64,000 bases of DNA, taken from assembly GCF_003334255.1 (NCBI RefSeq), contig NZ_QOWU01000013.1, one strand, 5' to 3'. The notes beneath the pieces are model-generated. The model ran no database searches and had not been told where the DNA came from. It was given only the letters and a program-made list of their open reading frames with translations. This document shows positions 1 to 11,637 of this stretch, one piece after another (within the stretch, counting starts at the first letter, position 1; each line of letters starts with the position of its first letter). Origin of the DNA: Escherichia coli. GTDB lineage: Bacteria; Pseudomonadota; Gammaproteobacteria; Enterobacterales; Enterobacteriaceae. A program made the position numbers and the translations under genes.

Positions 1-223
1 GATAATCTTCCACGCACCAGGCGGCAACAATCACCATCGCCGCACCCAGTTTGCTCTGGTATTGGGTCAGACGTTGTTTATCCAGCCCACGACCATACAG
101 CAGCCAGCCGCTACGACCTGCGTGGTAATCCAGTGGCATCACTTCATCACCACTTAATGAAAGAGGCAGACCCGGCCATAAAGAGACATCTTCAGGCAGG
201 TCGCACCAGGTAATGTTAGGCAT
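1..223 (-). CDS. serB: phosphoserine phosphatase, N-terminal part only (gene runs off the window start)
   Basis: Reverse-strand ATG at 223..221 translates MPNITWCDLPEDVSLWPGLPLSLSGDEVMPLDYHAGRSGWLL..., the recalled SerB N-terminus; no stop before position 1. Confidence 0.85.
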   Translation of the reverse strand, partial: MPNITWCDLPEDVSLWPGLPLSLSGDEVMPLDYHAGRSGWLLYGRGLDKQRLTQYQSKLGAAMVIVAAWCVEDY

Positions 224-328
224 TAAGGCTCCTGTAAAATCGTTCGAAGCAGGGAAAATAACGCATGAGGCTACCTTGTATCCATTGCTTCTGGCAACAT
301 TAAGTCTCAAATTTTCAAAGGGTGGAAG

Positions 329-973
329 ATGGCTCGCACAAAACTGAAATTCCGGCTGCATCGGGCAGTGATTGTCCTGTTCTGTCTTGCCTTGTTAGTG
401 GCGCTGATGCAGGGAGCGTCATGGTTTAGTCAAAACCACCAGCGACAGCGTAATCCACAGCTGGAAGAACTGGCCCGCACCCTGGCGCGTCAGGTGACGC
501 TGAACGTTGCACCGCTGATGCGTACCGACTCACCGGATGAAAAACGCATTCAGGCGATCCTCGATCAGTTAACGGATGAAAGCCGTATCCTCGACGCGGG
601 TGTGTATGACGAACAAGGCGATCTTATCGCACGTTCTGGCGAAAGCGTCGAAGTGCGCGACCGGCTGGCGCTCGACGGTAAAAAAGCAGGCGGCTATTTT
701 AACCAGCAGATTGTCGAGCCAATTGCGGGTAAAAACGGACCGCTCGGCTATCTGCGCCTGACACTCGACACCCATACGCTCGCCACCGAAGCCCAACAGG
801 TGGATAACACCACTAACATTTTACGCCTGATGTTGCTGCTCTCACTGGCAATCGGTGTAGTGCTGACCCGCACGCTGCTACAGGGTAAACGCACCCGCTG
901 GCAGCAATCGCCCTTCCTGTTAACCGCCAGCAAACCGGTGCCGGAAGAGGAAGAAAGCGAGAAAAAAGAGTGA
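329..973 (+). CDS. ytjB: Smp/YtjB family inner-membrane protein
   Basis: 214-aa ORF with N-terminal hydrophobic segment; conserved position between serB and lplA; GGAAG RBS before ATG. Confidence 0.85.
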   Translation: MARTKLKFRLHRAVIVLFCLALLVALMQGASWFSQNHQRQRNPQLEELARTLARQVTLNVAPLMRTDSPDEKRIQAILDQLTDESRILDAGVYDEQGDLIARSGESVEVRDRLALDGKKAGGYFNQQIVEPIAGKNGPLGYLRLTLDTHTLATEAQQVDNTTNILRLMLLLSLAIGVVLTRTLLQGKRTRWQQSPFLLTASKPVPEEEESEKKE

Positions 974-1000
974 CCCATTACTACAAGAAAGGAAATCGTT

Positions 1001-2017
1001 ATGTCCACATTACGCCTGCTCATCTCTGACTCTTACGACCCGTGGTTTAACCTGGCGGTGGAAGAGTGTATTTTTCGCCAAATGCCCGCCACGCAGCGCG
1101 TTCTGTTTCTCTGGCGCAATGCCGACACGGTAGTAATTGGTCGCGCGCAGAACCCGTGGAAAGAGTGTAATACCCGGCGGATGGAAGAAGATAACGTCCG
1201 CCTGGCGCGGCGCAGTAGCGGTGGCGGCGCGGTGTTCCACGATCTCGGCAATACCTGCTTTACCTTTATGGCTGGCAAGCCGGAGTACGATAAAACTATC
1301 TCCACGTCGATTGTGCTCAATGCGCTGAACGCGCTCGGCGTCAGCGCCGAAGCGTCCGGACGTAACGATCTGGTGGTGAAAACCGTCGAAGGCGACCGCA
1401 AAGTCTCAGGCTCGGCCTATCGCGAAACCAAAGATCGCGGCTTCCACCACGGCACCTTGCTACTCAATGCCGACCTCAGCCGCCTGGCAAACTATCTCAA
1501 TCCGGATAAAAAGAAACTGGCGGCGAAAGGCATTACGTCGGTACGTTCCCGCGTGACCAACCTCACCGAGCTGTTGCCGGGGATCACCCATGAGCAGGTT
1601 TGCGAGGCCATAACCGAGGCCTTTTTCGCCCATTATGGCGAGCGCGTGGAAGCGGAAATCATCTCCCCGAACAAAACGCCAGACTTGCCAAACTTCGCCG
1701 AAACCTTTGCCCGCCAGAGTAGCTGGGAATGGAACTTCGGTCAGGCTCCGGCATTCTCGCATCTGCTGGATGAACGCTTTACCTGGGGCGGCGTGGAACT
1801 GCATTTCGACGTTGAAAAAGGCCATATCACCCGCGCCCAGGTGTTTACCGACAGCCTCAACCCCGCGCCGCTGGAAGCCCTCGCCGGACGACTGCAAGGC
1901 TGCCTGTACCGCGCAGATATGCTGCAACAGGAGTGCGAAGCGCTGTTGGTTGACTTCCCGGAACAGGAAAAAGAGCTACGGGAGTTATCGGCATGGATGG
2001 CGGGGGCTGTAAGGTAG
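1001..2017 (+). CDS. lplA: lipoate-protein ligase A
   Basis: 338-aa [28 protein letters not shown]... matches recalled LplA; expected length and synteny. Confidence 0.95.
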
Positions 2018-3349
2018 TTACCCGCCCATGCGGGCAACTTTCTCTTCGATTTGCCGGATTTTTTCCGGCATTTCTTGCGCAATGTGGCGAAACGCCTCGC
2101 TGATACGCGGATCTCTGGCGACCGTTTGCCAGAACTGCTGCGCCAGCGGGATCGCCGTTAACCAAGCGCTTTTACTGACGTTAAGATCAAACTTCACCTC
2201 AATGGCAGCATCACGCAGCATTCCAGCGCTGTTTGGTGCATAGACCATCGGCAGCATGTCGTAGACGGGCGTCAGCGCAAATGGCGGTTCAGATAAATAA
2301 AACGATAAATTACCTGCGTGCATATCGCTGTTGGCGATAAGTCGCCCAAATGCCCAGATCACTTCTGTTTGCGCCACGCTCTGGTGAGTGACAAGTTGTT
2401 GCTCACACAAACGGCGCATTGCCTGCGGCCACGATCCCGGAGAAGAGATAAACTCACTCTGCACCGCCTCCAGCGACACAATAGGCAAGCGACCATCGTT
2501 ACCTTTGCAGTCAAAGCGTTCCGCTTCGAGGAATACCTGCCTGTTACTTGTTACAAGCACCGTTGACTCGATGGCGTGGATCCCACCGTCACGCAGGATT
2601 TGCGCGGCAATAGATTCAGCAATTAGCAGGTCACCCCAACGTTGGCTGACCGCGGTTTGCTGTGGTACGGTGAATTTCACCAACACATGTTTATTGCCTG
2701 ACGGCGTTTGTGCATAGTAGGTAAATTTTGGCTGCTCGCCGCCCGCAGAAGAACCCACAATTTCTCCTGCCAGTGCATCACTTGCCAGCTGTTCGTAATG
2801 GGTGAGTTTTTGATCCAGAGGAATTTCCGCAGGGTGTTGTGCAGTAATCCATCGCTGATAATTCCCCTCCCCGACCAACCAACCGCCAGTATATTCACCG
2901 TTAAATACGGTCAGGGCGTAGAGCACATCTTCTTCCTGCCAGAGACGTATATCATCAGTCAGATTCAGTTGCGCGGCTAACTTCCTGCCCCACGCGCGCC
3001 CTAAAAAGCCCTGCGGTCGGAGATCGGTCAAATACCAGGGCAAACCATCAAACCACTGTTCGTCGCCATCTGCGCCTGTTACCAGACAACTTCCCTGCGG
3101 CCAGCACAACCGGATGTCGGCGAATTTATGCGCCTTTCCGGTATCGTCCACCCGCCAGACGGGAATACGCTCAATTCCGCGATAAGGACGCAGCAGTGCA
3201 TATCGCGTTGCCCGTGCTTTACCAAAGCGAATCACCCGATCTTCTCTGGCAACAAGGCGTGAGAACGTCGCCTGACTGATTGCCAGACGCTGGCGCAATT
3301 CCGGGGCAGAACGCGGCCCTTGCAGTAAAAGATCAGTCAGCTCGCTCAT
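2018..3349 (-). CDS. yjjJ: HipA-like Ser/Thr kinase family protein (HTH + HipA domains)
   Basis: 443-aa ORF convergent with lplA; size and position match yjjJ. Confidence 0.85.
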   Translation of the reverse strand: MSELTDLLLQGPRSAPELRQRLAISQATFSRLVAREDRVIRFGKARATRYALLRPYRGIERIPVWRVDDTGKAHKFADIRLCWPQGSCLVTGADGDEQWFDGLPWYLTDLRPQGFLGRAWGRKLAAQLNLTDDIRLWQEEDVLYALTVFNGEYTGGWLVGEGNYQRWITAQHPAEIPLDQKLTHYEQLASDALAGEIVGSSAGGEQPKFTYYAQTPSGNKHVLVKFTVPQQTAVSQRWGDLLIAESIAAQILRDGGIHAIESTVLVTSNRQVFLEAERFDCKGNDGRLPIVSLEAVQSEFISSPGSWPQAMRRLCEQQLVTHQSVAQTEVIWAFGRLIANSDMHAGNLSFYLSEPPFALTPVYDMLPMVYAPNSAGMLRDAAIEVKFDLNVSKSAWLTAIPLAQQFWQTVARDPRISEAFRHIAQEMPEKIRQIEEKVARMGG

Positions 3350-3453
3350 TAATGAATAGATTCGTGAATAGATACTTGAATAGATTTATTAACACATTTC
3401 ACTGAAAAGTATAGCGAAAATATTCAAGCTGGAGAGAAAAATGAATAGATACT

Positions 3454-3483
3454 AAAAAGCCGGAGCAGTCTCCCGCTCCGGCT
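3454..3483 (-). terminator. rho-independent terminator downstream of deoD
   Basis: 9-bp GC-rich stem AGCCGGAGC/GCTCCGGCT followed on the minus strand by a T-run, immediately 3' of the deoD stop. Confidence 0.6.
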
Positions 3484-3515
3484 TCACAAGGCAATCGCCT
3501 TGCAGCGAAACACAA

Positions 3516-4235
3516 TTACTCTTTATCGCCCAGCAGAACGGATTCCAGTGCGATTTTGATCATGTCGTTGAAGGTAGTCTGACGCTCAGCGGCAGTGGTC
3601 TGCTCGTGAGTGCGGATGTGGTCAGATACGGTGCAGATGGTCAGGGCTTTCGCGCCAAATTCTGCAGCGACGCCGTAGATACCAGCCGCTTCCATTTCCA
3701 CGCCGAGAATGCCGTATTTTTCCATCACGTCGAACATTTCGCCGTCCGGAGAGTAGAACAGGTCAGCGGAGAACAGGTTACCCACGCGAGCATCAATACC
3801 CAGTGCTTTAGCTGCATCTACTGCGTTACGCACCATGTCGAAGTCAGCGATAGCGGCAAAGTCATGGTCTTTAAAACGGATGCGGTTAACTTTGGAATCG
3901 GTGCAGGCACCCATACCGATAACGACGTCGCGCAGTTTTACGTGCGGCAGAACTGCGCCACAGGAACCCACGCGGATAATTTTCTTCACGCCGAAATCGG
4001 TGATCAGTTCTTTGGTGTAGATGGAGCAGGACGGGATACCCATACCGTGACCCATTACGGAAATTTTGCGGCCTTTGTAAGTACCGGTGAAGCCCAGCAT
4101 ACCGCGAACGTTGTTCACTTCACGGGCATCTTCAAGGAAAGTTTCAGCAATATACTTCGCACGCAGCGGGTCGCCTGGCATCAAAACTACGTCAGCGAAA
4201 TCGCCCATTTCTGCATTAATGTGTGGGGTAGCCAT
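3516..4235 (-). CDS. deoD: purine nucleoside phosphorylase
   Basis: ORF track extends to 4292, but the recalled DeoD N-terminus [33 protein letters not shown] begins at ATG 4235 (239 aa). Confidence 0.95.
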
Positions 4236-4291
4236 TGTTTTATCCTTTTTGTGACATAACAAAGGCGGAGTCAACGCTCCGCCCAAATCCA

Positions 4292-5536
<1,245 letters not shown>

Positions 5537-5566
5537 TCAAATTTAAATGATCAGATCAGTATACCG

Positions 5567-6889
5567 TTATTCGCTGATACGGCGATAGACAGTTGGTGTG
5601 CTTTCCGGTGCTTTATCGGCAAGTTTAATTGCCGCTTTCACCGCTTTCGCCGCTTCCTGCCAGTTGTTTTCGTCTTTCGCGTGGATAACCGCCAGCGGAC
5701 GCTGACCGTCTACCTGGTCGCCCAGACGCGCCATATCAGTAAAGCCGACGCTGTAATCGATGGTGTCAGATGCCTGACGGCGTCCGCCGCCCATTGCAAC
5801 CACTGCCATCCCCAGCGCGCGGGTATCCATTTCACTGACAAAACCTTCGGTATCAGCATAGACTGCTTTCGTCAGCATCGCTGTCGGCAGATACTTCGCG
5901 TAGTTCTCAACGAAGTCGGTCGGGCCTTTTTGTGCCGCTACCATACGACCAAAGACTTCTGCCGCTTTACCGTTGTCCAGCACCGCCTGCAATTTCGCGC
6001 GCGCTTCGGCGTCATCTTTCGCCAGTTTGCCGGAGATCAGCATCTCCACGCACAGCGCCATCGTGACATCAAACAGACGCGGGTTACGATATTCACCCGT
6101 CAGGAACTGCACCGCTTCACGAACTTCAACCGCGTTACCTGCACTGGAGGCCAGTACCTGATTCATGTCGGTGAGCAGCGCGGTGGTGCGCACGCCAGCG
6201 CCGTTAGCCACGCCAACAATCGCTTCGGCAAGGGCTTCAGAGAGTTCGTAGGTCGGCATAAACGCGCCGCTACCCACTTTCACGTCCATCACCAGCGCGT
6301 CCAGACCTTCCGCAAGTTTCTTCGCCAGAATAGAGGCGGTGATCAGCGGGATGGAGTCCACGGTTGCGGTAATATCACGGGTCGCGTAGAAACGTTTATC
6401 AGCCGGAGCCAGTGAACTGGTCTGACCGATAATCGCCACGCCGACGTCTTTAATAATTTCGCGGAAACGGTTGTCATCCGGGAAAATGTCGAAGCCAGGG
6501 ATGGATTCCAGTTTGTCGAGCGTACCGCCAGTATGACCGAGGCCGCGACCAGAGATCATCGGAATATAGCCGCCGCAGGCTGCGACCATCGGCCCCAACA
6601 TCAGCGAAGTCACATCGCCGACGCCACCGGTGGAGTGTTTATCAACAATCGGGCCATTCAGATGCAGGCTTTTCCAGTCGAGAACGGTTCCTGAATCTCG
6701 CATCGCCATGGTCAGCGAGACACGCTCAGGCATTGTCATATCGTGGAAGAAAATGGTCATCGCGAGGGCGGCAATCTGCCCTTCGGAGATAGTGTTGTCG
6801 CGAATACCGTTGATAAAGAAACGAATTTCTTCATCGCTCAGCGCATGACCATCACGTTTTTTACGAATAATTTCTTGTGCGAGAAACAA
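5567..6889 (-). CDS. deoA: thymidine phosphorylase
   Basis: 440-aa [47 protein letters not shown]... Confidence 0.95.
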
Positions 6890-6904
6890 GGTAACCTCCC
6901 GAGG

Positions 6905-7010
6905 AAAAGAGTATGAGGCGGCTTTTGCCGGATGCGTCTACGCCTTATCCGGCCTACGGGTAGATACGTCTCGTAGGCCTGATAAGCGCAGCGCATCAGG
7001 CGTAAAGCAT
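6905..7010. repeat. REP (repetitive extragenic palindromic) element pair between deoA and deoC
   Basis: GCCGGATGCG...CGCCTTATCCGGCCTACG and inverted copy GTAGGCCTGATAAGCGCAGCGCATCAGGC characteristic of E. coli REP. Confidence 0.7.
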
Positions 7011-7015
7011 CTTAC

Positions 7016-7795
7016 TTAGTAGCTGCTGGCGCTCTTACCGTCGCCGTGACCCAGCGCTTTCAGCAGGCTTGCCAGCAGGCTGGAAGCGCCAAAGCGGTAG
7101 TGACGCGCATCTGCCCAGTCAGCACCGAACAGTTCATCTGCAATGGCGAGATATTTCTGCGCATCTTCCGCAGTACGCACGCCGCCCGCCGGTTTGAAAC
7201 CAACGGTTTTTTCTACGCCCATATCACGGATCACTTCCATCATGATGCGCGCGCTTTCCGGCGTCGCGTTCACAGCCACTTTACCGGTAGAGGTTTTGAT
7301 GAAGTCCGCACCCGCTTTGATGGAGATTTCAGACGCTTTACGGATCAGCGCTTCGTCTTTCAGTTCGCCGGTTTCGATGATCACTTTCAGCAGTACATTC
7401 GCTGCCGCGCAAGCCTCTTTACAGGCTTTCACCAGGTCAAAACCAACCTGCTCGTTACCCGCCATCAGCGCGCGGTACGGGAACACAACGTCAACTTCAT
7501 CAGCACCGTAGGCGATTGCCGCACGGGTTTCTGCCAGCGCGATGTCGATGTCGTCGTTACCGTGTGGGAAGTTGGTTACCGTAGCGATACGGATTTCCGG
7601 GGTGCCCTGCTCTTTCAGAGTTTTGCGAGCAATCGGGATAAAGCGAGGATAGATACAGATAGCGGCGGTATTGCCGACCGGAGTTTTGGCCTGATGACAC
7701 AGGGCGATCACTTTCTCGTCGGTGTCGTCGTCATTCAGGGTGGTCAGGTCCATCAATTTCAGTGCACGCAGGCTGCTTGCTTTCAGATCAGTCAT
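7016..7795 (-). CDS. deoC: deoxyribose-phosphate aldolase
   Basis: Recalled DeoC begins [36 protein letters not shown] at ATG 7795 (259 aa); the 267-aa track ORF has an N-terminal extension. Confidence 0.95.
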   Translation of the reverse strand: MTDLKASSLRALKLMDLTTLNDDDTDEKVIALCHQAKTPVGNTAAICIYPRFIPIARKTLKEQGTPEIRIATVTNFPHGNDDIDIALAETRAAIAYGADEVDVVFPYRALMAGNEQVGFDLVKACKEACAAANVLLKVIIETGELKDEALIRKASEISIKAGADFIKTSTGKVAVNATPESARIMMEVIRDMGVEKTVGFKPAGGVRTAEDAQKYLAIADELFGADWADARHYRFGASSLLASLLKALGHGDGKSASSY

Positions 7796-7839
7796 TTCAT
7801 TCTCCTGGCTTGTCGCCAATAAAATTCACCTTGCGAGTT

Positions 7840-7855
7840 TGTTAGTATTCTAACA
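7840..7855. promoter_or_regulatory. DeoR operator O2 (deoP2), one mismatch to the palindrome
   Basis: TGTTAGTATTCTAACA versus the 16-bp DeoR palindrome TGTTAGAATTCTAACA; about 45 bp upstream of the deoC ATG. Confidence 0.7.
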
Positions 7856-7873
7856 TCTACTCCGCAACACACT

Positions 7874-7940
7874 TCGATACACATCACAATTAAGGAAATC
7901 TACTTACAAGTTTGCATCACTGTAATGCGATCTGGTTCAA
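7874..7940. promoter_or_regulatory. deoP2 CRP/CytR region (two CRP-like half-site pairs)
   Basis: TTCGATACACATCACA (reverse TGTGA-N6-TCGAA) near 7874..7889 and TGCGATCTGGTTCAAA near 7924..7939, about 50 bp apart as expected for CRP1/CRP2 flanking a CytR site. Confidence 0.5.
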
Positions 7941-8052
7941 ATAATTCACTTTCAAATGAATGCGTCAGTGGTGGCAAACGCATCAGGATCAAAGTGAACA
8001 TCACGAAACTTCTTACAATGGCGCATCACCTTCGGCATAAAAGGAAAAGAAG

Positions 8053-9603
8053 ATGCCCACTTCTCATGAAAATGCACTGCAACAACGTTGCCAGCAAATT
8101 GTCACCAGCCCAGTGCTTAGCCCGGAGCAGAAGCGCCATTTTCTGGCACTGGAAGCAGAAAACAATCTGCCTTACCCACAGCTTCCTGCCGAAGCCCGCC
8201 GCGCGCTGGATGAAGGTGTAATCTGCGATATGTTTGAAGGTCATGCGCCGTACAAACCGCGCTATGTCTTACCCGATTACGCCCGTTTTCTGGCGAACGG
8301 TTCCGAATGGCTGGAGCTGGAAGGCGCGAAAGATCTTGATGACGCACTCTCTCTGCTGACCATTCTTTACCACCACGTACCGTCGGTCACATCGATGCCG
8401 GTCTACCTGGGGCAACTGGATGCGTTGTTGCAACCGTATGTTAGAATTCTAACACAAGACGAGATCGATGTTCGAATAAAACGTTTCTGGCGTTACCTCG
8501 ACAGAACCCTGCCAGACGCCTTTATGCACGCCAATATCGGCCCGTCTGATTCGCCCATTACCCGCGCGATCTTACGTGCAGATGCAGAGTTGAAGCAGGT
8601 TTCACCGAACCTGACCTTTATCTACGATCCTGAAATCACCCCTGATGACCTGCTGCTGGAAGTGGCGAAGAACATCTGTGAATGTAGCAAACCGCACATC
8701 GCCAACGGTCCGGTGCATGATAAAATTTTCACAAAAGGGGGCTACGGGATTGTGAGCTGTTACAACTCACTGCCGCTGGCGGGTGGTGGCAGCACGCTGG
8801 TACGCCTTAACCTGAAAGCCATTGCCGAGCGCAGCGAATCGCTGGATGACTTCTTTACGCGCACTCTACCGCACTACTGCCAGCAGCAGATCGCCATCAT
8901 CGATGCGCGGTGTGAATTCCTCTATCAACAATCACACTTCTTTGAGAATAGCTTCCTGGTGAAAGAAGGGCTGATTAACCCTGAACGTTTTGTGCCAATG
9001 TTTGGCATGTATGGGCTGGCGGAAGCGGTTAACTTGCTGTGTGAAAAAGAAGGGATTGCCGCGCGCTACGGTAAAGAAGCCGCCGCAAATGAAGTAGGTT
9101 ATCGCATCAGCGCGCAACTGGCGGAGTTTGTCGCCAATACCCCCGTGAAATATGGCTGGCAAAAACGCGCCATGTTACACGCACAGTCGGGGATCAGTTC
9201 CGATATCGGCACCACGCCGGGCGCGCGTTTGCCGTATGGCGATGAGCCAGATCCGATCACCCATCTGCAAACTGTCGCCCCGCATCATGCTTATTATTAT
9301 TCCGGCATCAGCGACATTCTGACGCTCGACGAAACCATCAAACGTAACCCGCAGGCACTGGTACAGCTTTGCCTCGGTGCCTTTAAAGCCGGAATGCGTG
9401 AATTTACCGCCAATGTCAGCGGTAACGATCTGGTTCGCGTTACCGGTTATATGGTGCGTTTGTCGGATTTAGAAAAATATCGCGCCGAAGGTTCACGCAC
9501 CAACACCACCTGGCTGGGCGAAGAAGCCGCACGCAACACTCGTATTCTGGAACGCCAGCCGCGCGTGATAAGCCATGAACAGCAGATGCGCTTTAGTCAG
9601 TAA
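8053..9603 (+). CDS. yjjI: glycine-radical-enzyme-like protein YjjI (DUF3029)
   Basis: 516-aa ORF divergent from deoC; synteny and length; 29-nt overlap with yjjW. Confidence 0.85.
8439..8454. promoter_or_regulatory. DeoR operator O1 (deoP1), perfect palindrome
   Basis: Exact TGTTAGAATTCTAACA; 599 bp from O2, the known P1-P2 spacing; lies inside the yjjI reading frame. Confidence 0.75.
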
Positions 9604-10438
9604 GATTATCCCCTTCTCCTGCGTTGACGGGCCAGGCAGTCGTCTGGCTCTGTTTTTGCAGGGCTGCAATCTGCGCTGCAAAAACTGTCACAATCCGTGG
9701 ACGATGGGACGTTGCAATGACTGTGGGGAGTGCGTGCCACAGTGTCCGCATCAGGCGTTGCAGATTGTTGACGGCAAAGTGGTGTGGAACGCTGTGGTTT
9801 GCGAGCAGTGTGATACCTGCCTGAAGAGGTGTCCGCAACATGCCACGCCCATGGCGCAATCCATGAGCGTGGACGAAGTGCTTAGCCATGTCCGCAAAGC
9901 AGTGCTGTTTATCGAAGGGATAACGGTGAGTGGCGGTGAAGCCACGACCCAGCTGCCGTTTGTGGTGGCGCTGTTTACTGCTATCAAAAACGATCCGCAA
10001 CTGCGCCATCTCACCTGTCTGGTGGACAGTAACGGCATGTTGAGCGAAACCGGCTGGGAAAAATTGCTCCCGGTGTGCGACGGCGCAATGCTCGATCTCA
10101 AAGCGTGGGGGAGCGAATGTCATCAACAACTCACCGGACGCGATAATCAGCAGATTAAGCGCAGCATCTATTTGCTGGCAGAGCGCGGCAAGCTGGCGGA
10201 ACTGCGTTTGCTGGTGATCCCTGGCCAGGTGGATTATTTGCAACACATCGAAGAACTGGCGGCGTTTATCAAGGGACTCGGCGATGTTCCGGTACGCCTG
10301 AACGCGTTTCATGCCCACGGCGTGTATGGCGAGGCGCAAAGCTGGGCGAGCGCCACGCCGGAAGACGTTGAGCCGTTGGCTGATGCGTTAAAGGTGCGCG
10401 GGGTGAGCCGGTTGATATTTCCGGCGCTCTATTTGTGA
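9575..10438 (+). CDS. yjjW: glycyl-radical enzyme activating protein (radical SAM with extra ferredoxin-like Cys clusters)
   Basis: 287-aa ORF with CxxxCxxC-type motif ([11 protein letters not shown]) and CxxCxxCxxxC motifs. Confidence 0.85.
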
Positions 10439-10439
10439 C

Positions 10440-10860
10440 ATGCCGGATACGGCCTACGGTTCGGCACAGACTTGTAGGCCTGATAAGACGCGTCAAGCGT
10501 CGCATCAGGCATTGTGCGCCAACTGCCGGATGCGGCGCGAACGCCTTATCCGGCCTACGGTTCGGCACAAACCTGTAGGCATGATAAGACGCGACAAGCG
10601 TCGCATCAGGCATTATGCGCCGACTGCCGGATGCGGCGTGAACGCCTTATCCGGCCTACGGTTCGGCACAGACTTGTAGGCATGATAAGACGCGACAAGC
10701 GTCGCATCAGGCATTGTGCGCCAACTGCCGGATGCGGCGTGAACGCCTTATCCGGCCTACGGTTCGGCACAAACCTGTAGGCATGATAAGACGCGTTAAG
10801 CGTCGCATCAGGCATTGTGCGCCAACTGCCGGATGCGGCGTGAACGCCTTATCCGGCCTA
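10440..10860. repeat. BIME: tandem array of at least 4 REP-pair units, about 100-bp period
   Basis: Unit GCCGGATGCGGCGTGAACGCCTTATCCGGCCTACGGTTCGGCACA...GTAGGCATGATAAGACGCG..AAGCGTCGCATCAGGCA recurs around 10440, 10540, 10640, 10740 and 10840 with point differences. Confidence 0.85.
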
Positions 10861-11637
10861 CGGCACGTTAAACAACGTATACGTGTTATTAAGCAACGCT
10901 TGCGCAATCTCATCCGCCGGTTCCCGGCGCAACTCGCAAAGCACGGCAAACACACGGGCAGCCTGCTCCGGGCGGTTAGGCTGCCCCTGAAAACCGTTGA
11001 GCGGCATATCCGGCGCGTCGGTTTCCAGCAATAACGATGCCAGCGGTAATTTTGCGATGACATCGCGGGTTTTACTGGCGCGTGGATAGGTGATAGTACC
11101 GCCTACGCCAATTTTGTAGCCCAGCTGTACAAACCGTTCGGCCTGTTGCAGGCTGCCGGAAAAACCGTGAACCACGCCAGTGCGCGGTAAATCGTGGCGT
11201 TTAAGATGCATCGCCAGTTTGTCGTGCGTGCGCCGTGAATGCAGGATCACCGGCAGATCGTAGCGTTTCGCCAGTTTCAGTTGTTCGTCGAGTAACCACT
11301 GCTGCCTCTCAAATTGCGGATCGTCGCCAAAGAGATCCAGACCGATCTCCCCCACCGCCACCACCTTCGCCGGACGCCTTTCCAGCGCCTGCTGTAGCTG
11401 CTCAAGAGACACATCGCTATGTTTTTCCAACATACCAGGATGCAAGCCCAATGCGGCATACAGCGGTTGATAATTTTCCGCTAATGCCAACACACGGGCA
11501 AAATTTTCCGCCTCTGTTGCCGGAACAATGATCTTGCCTACGCCCGCTTGTGCCGCGCGTTGCAGGCTGGCCTCTTCATCGCCACTAAACGGCGGGAAAT
11601 CAAAATGGCAGTGGGTGTCGATAAAACGGCAAATCAA
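10858..11637 (-). CDS. yjjV: TatD-family metal-dependent DNase/hydrolase
   Basis: 259-aa ORF MICRFIDTHCHFDFPPFSGDEE... with TatD-type DTHCH motif. Confidence 0.85.
   Translation of the reverse strand: MICRFIDTHCHFDFPPFSGDEEASLQRAAQAGVGKIIVPATEAENFARVLALAENYQPLYAALGLHPGMLEKHSDVSLEQLQQALERRPAKVVAVGEIGLDLFGDDPQFERQQWLLDEQLKLAKRYDLPVILHSRRTHDKLAMHLKRHDLPRTGVVHGFSGSLQQAERFVQLGYKIGVGGTITYPRASKTRDVIAKLPLASLLLETDAPDMPLNGFQGQPNRPEQAARVFAVLCELRREPADEIAQALLNNTYTLFNVP

Noticed and set aside
10440-10860. Possible CRISPR array
   Set aside because: Units are about 100 bp with internal palindromes and no unique equal-length spacers; the sequence is the canonical REP consensus and there are no cas genes.
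10269-11063. Several 69-118-aa ORFs on both strands with near-identical sequences
   Set aside because: They are translations of the tandem REP/BIME units; their mutual similarity comes from the DNA repeat.
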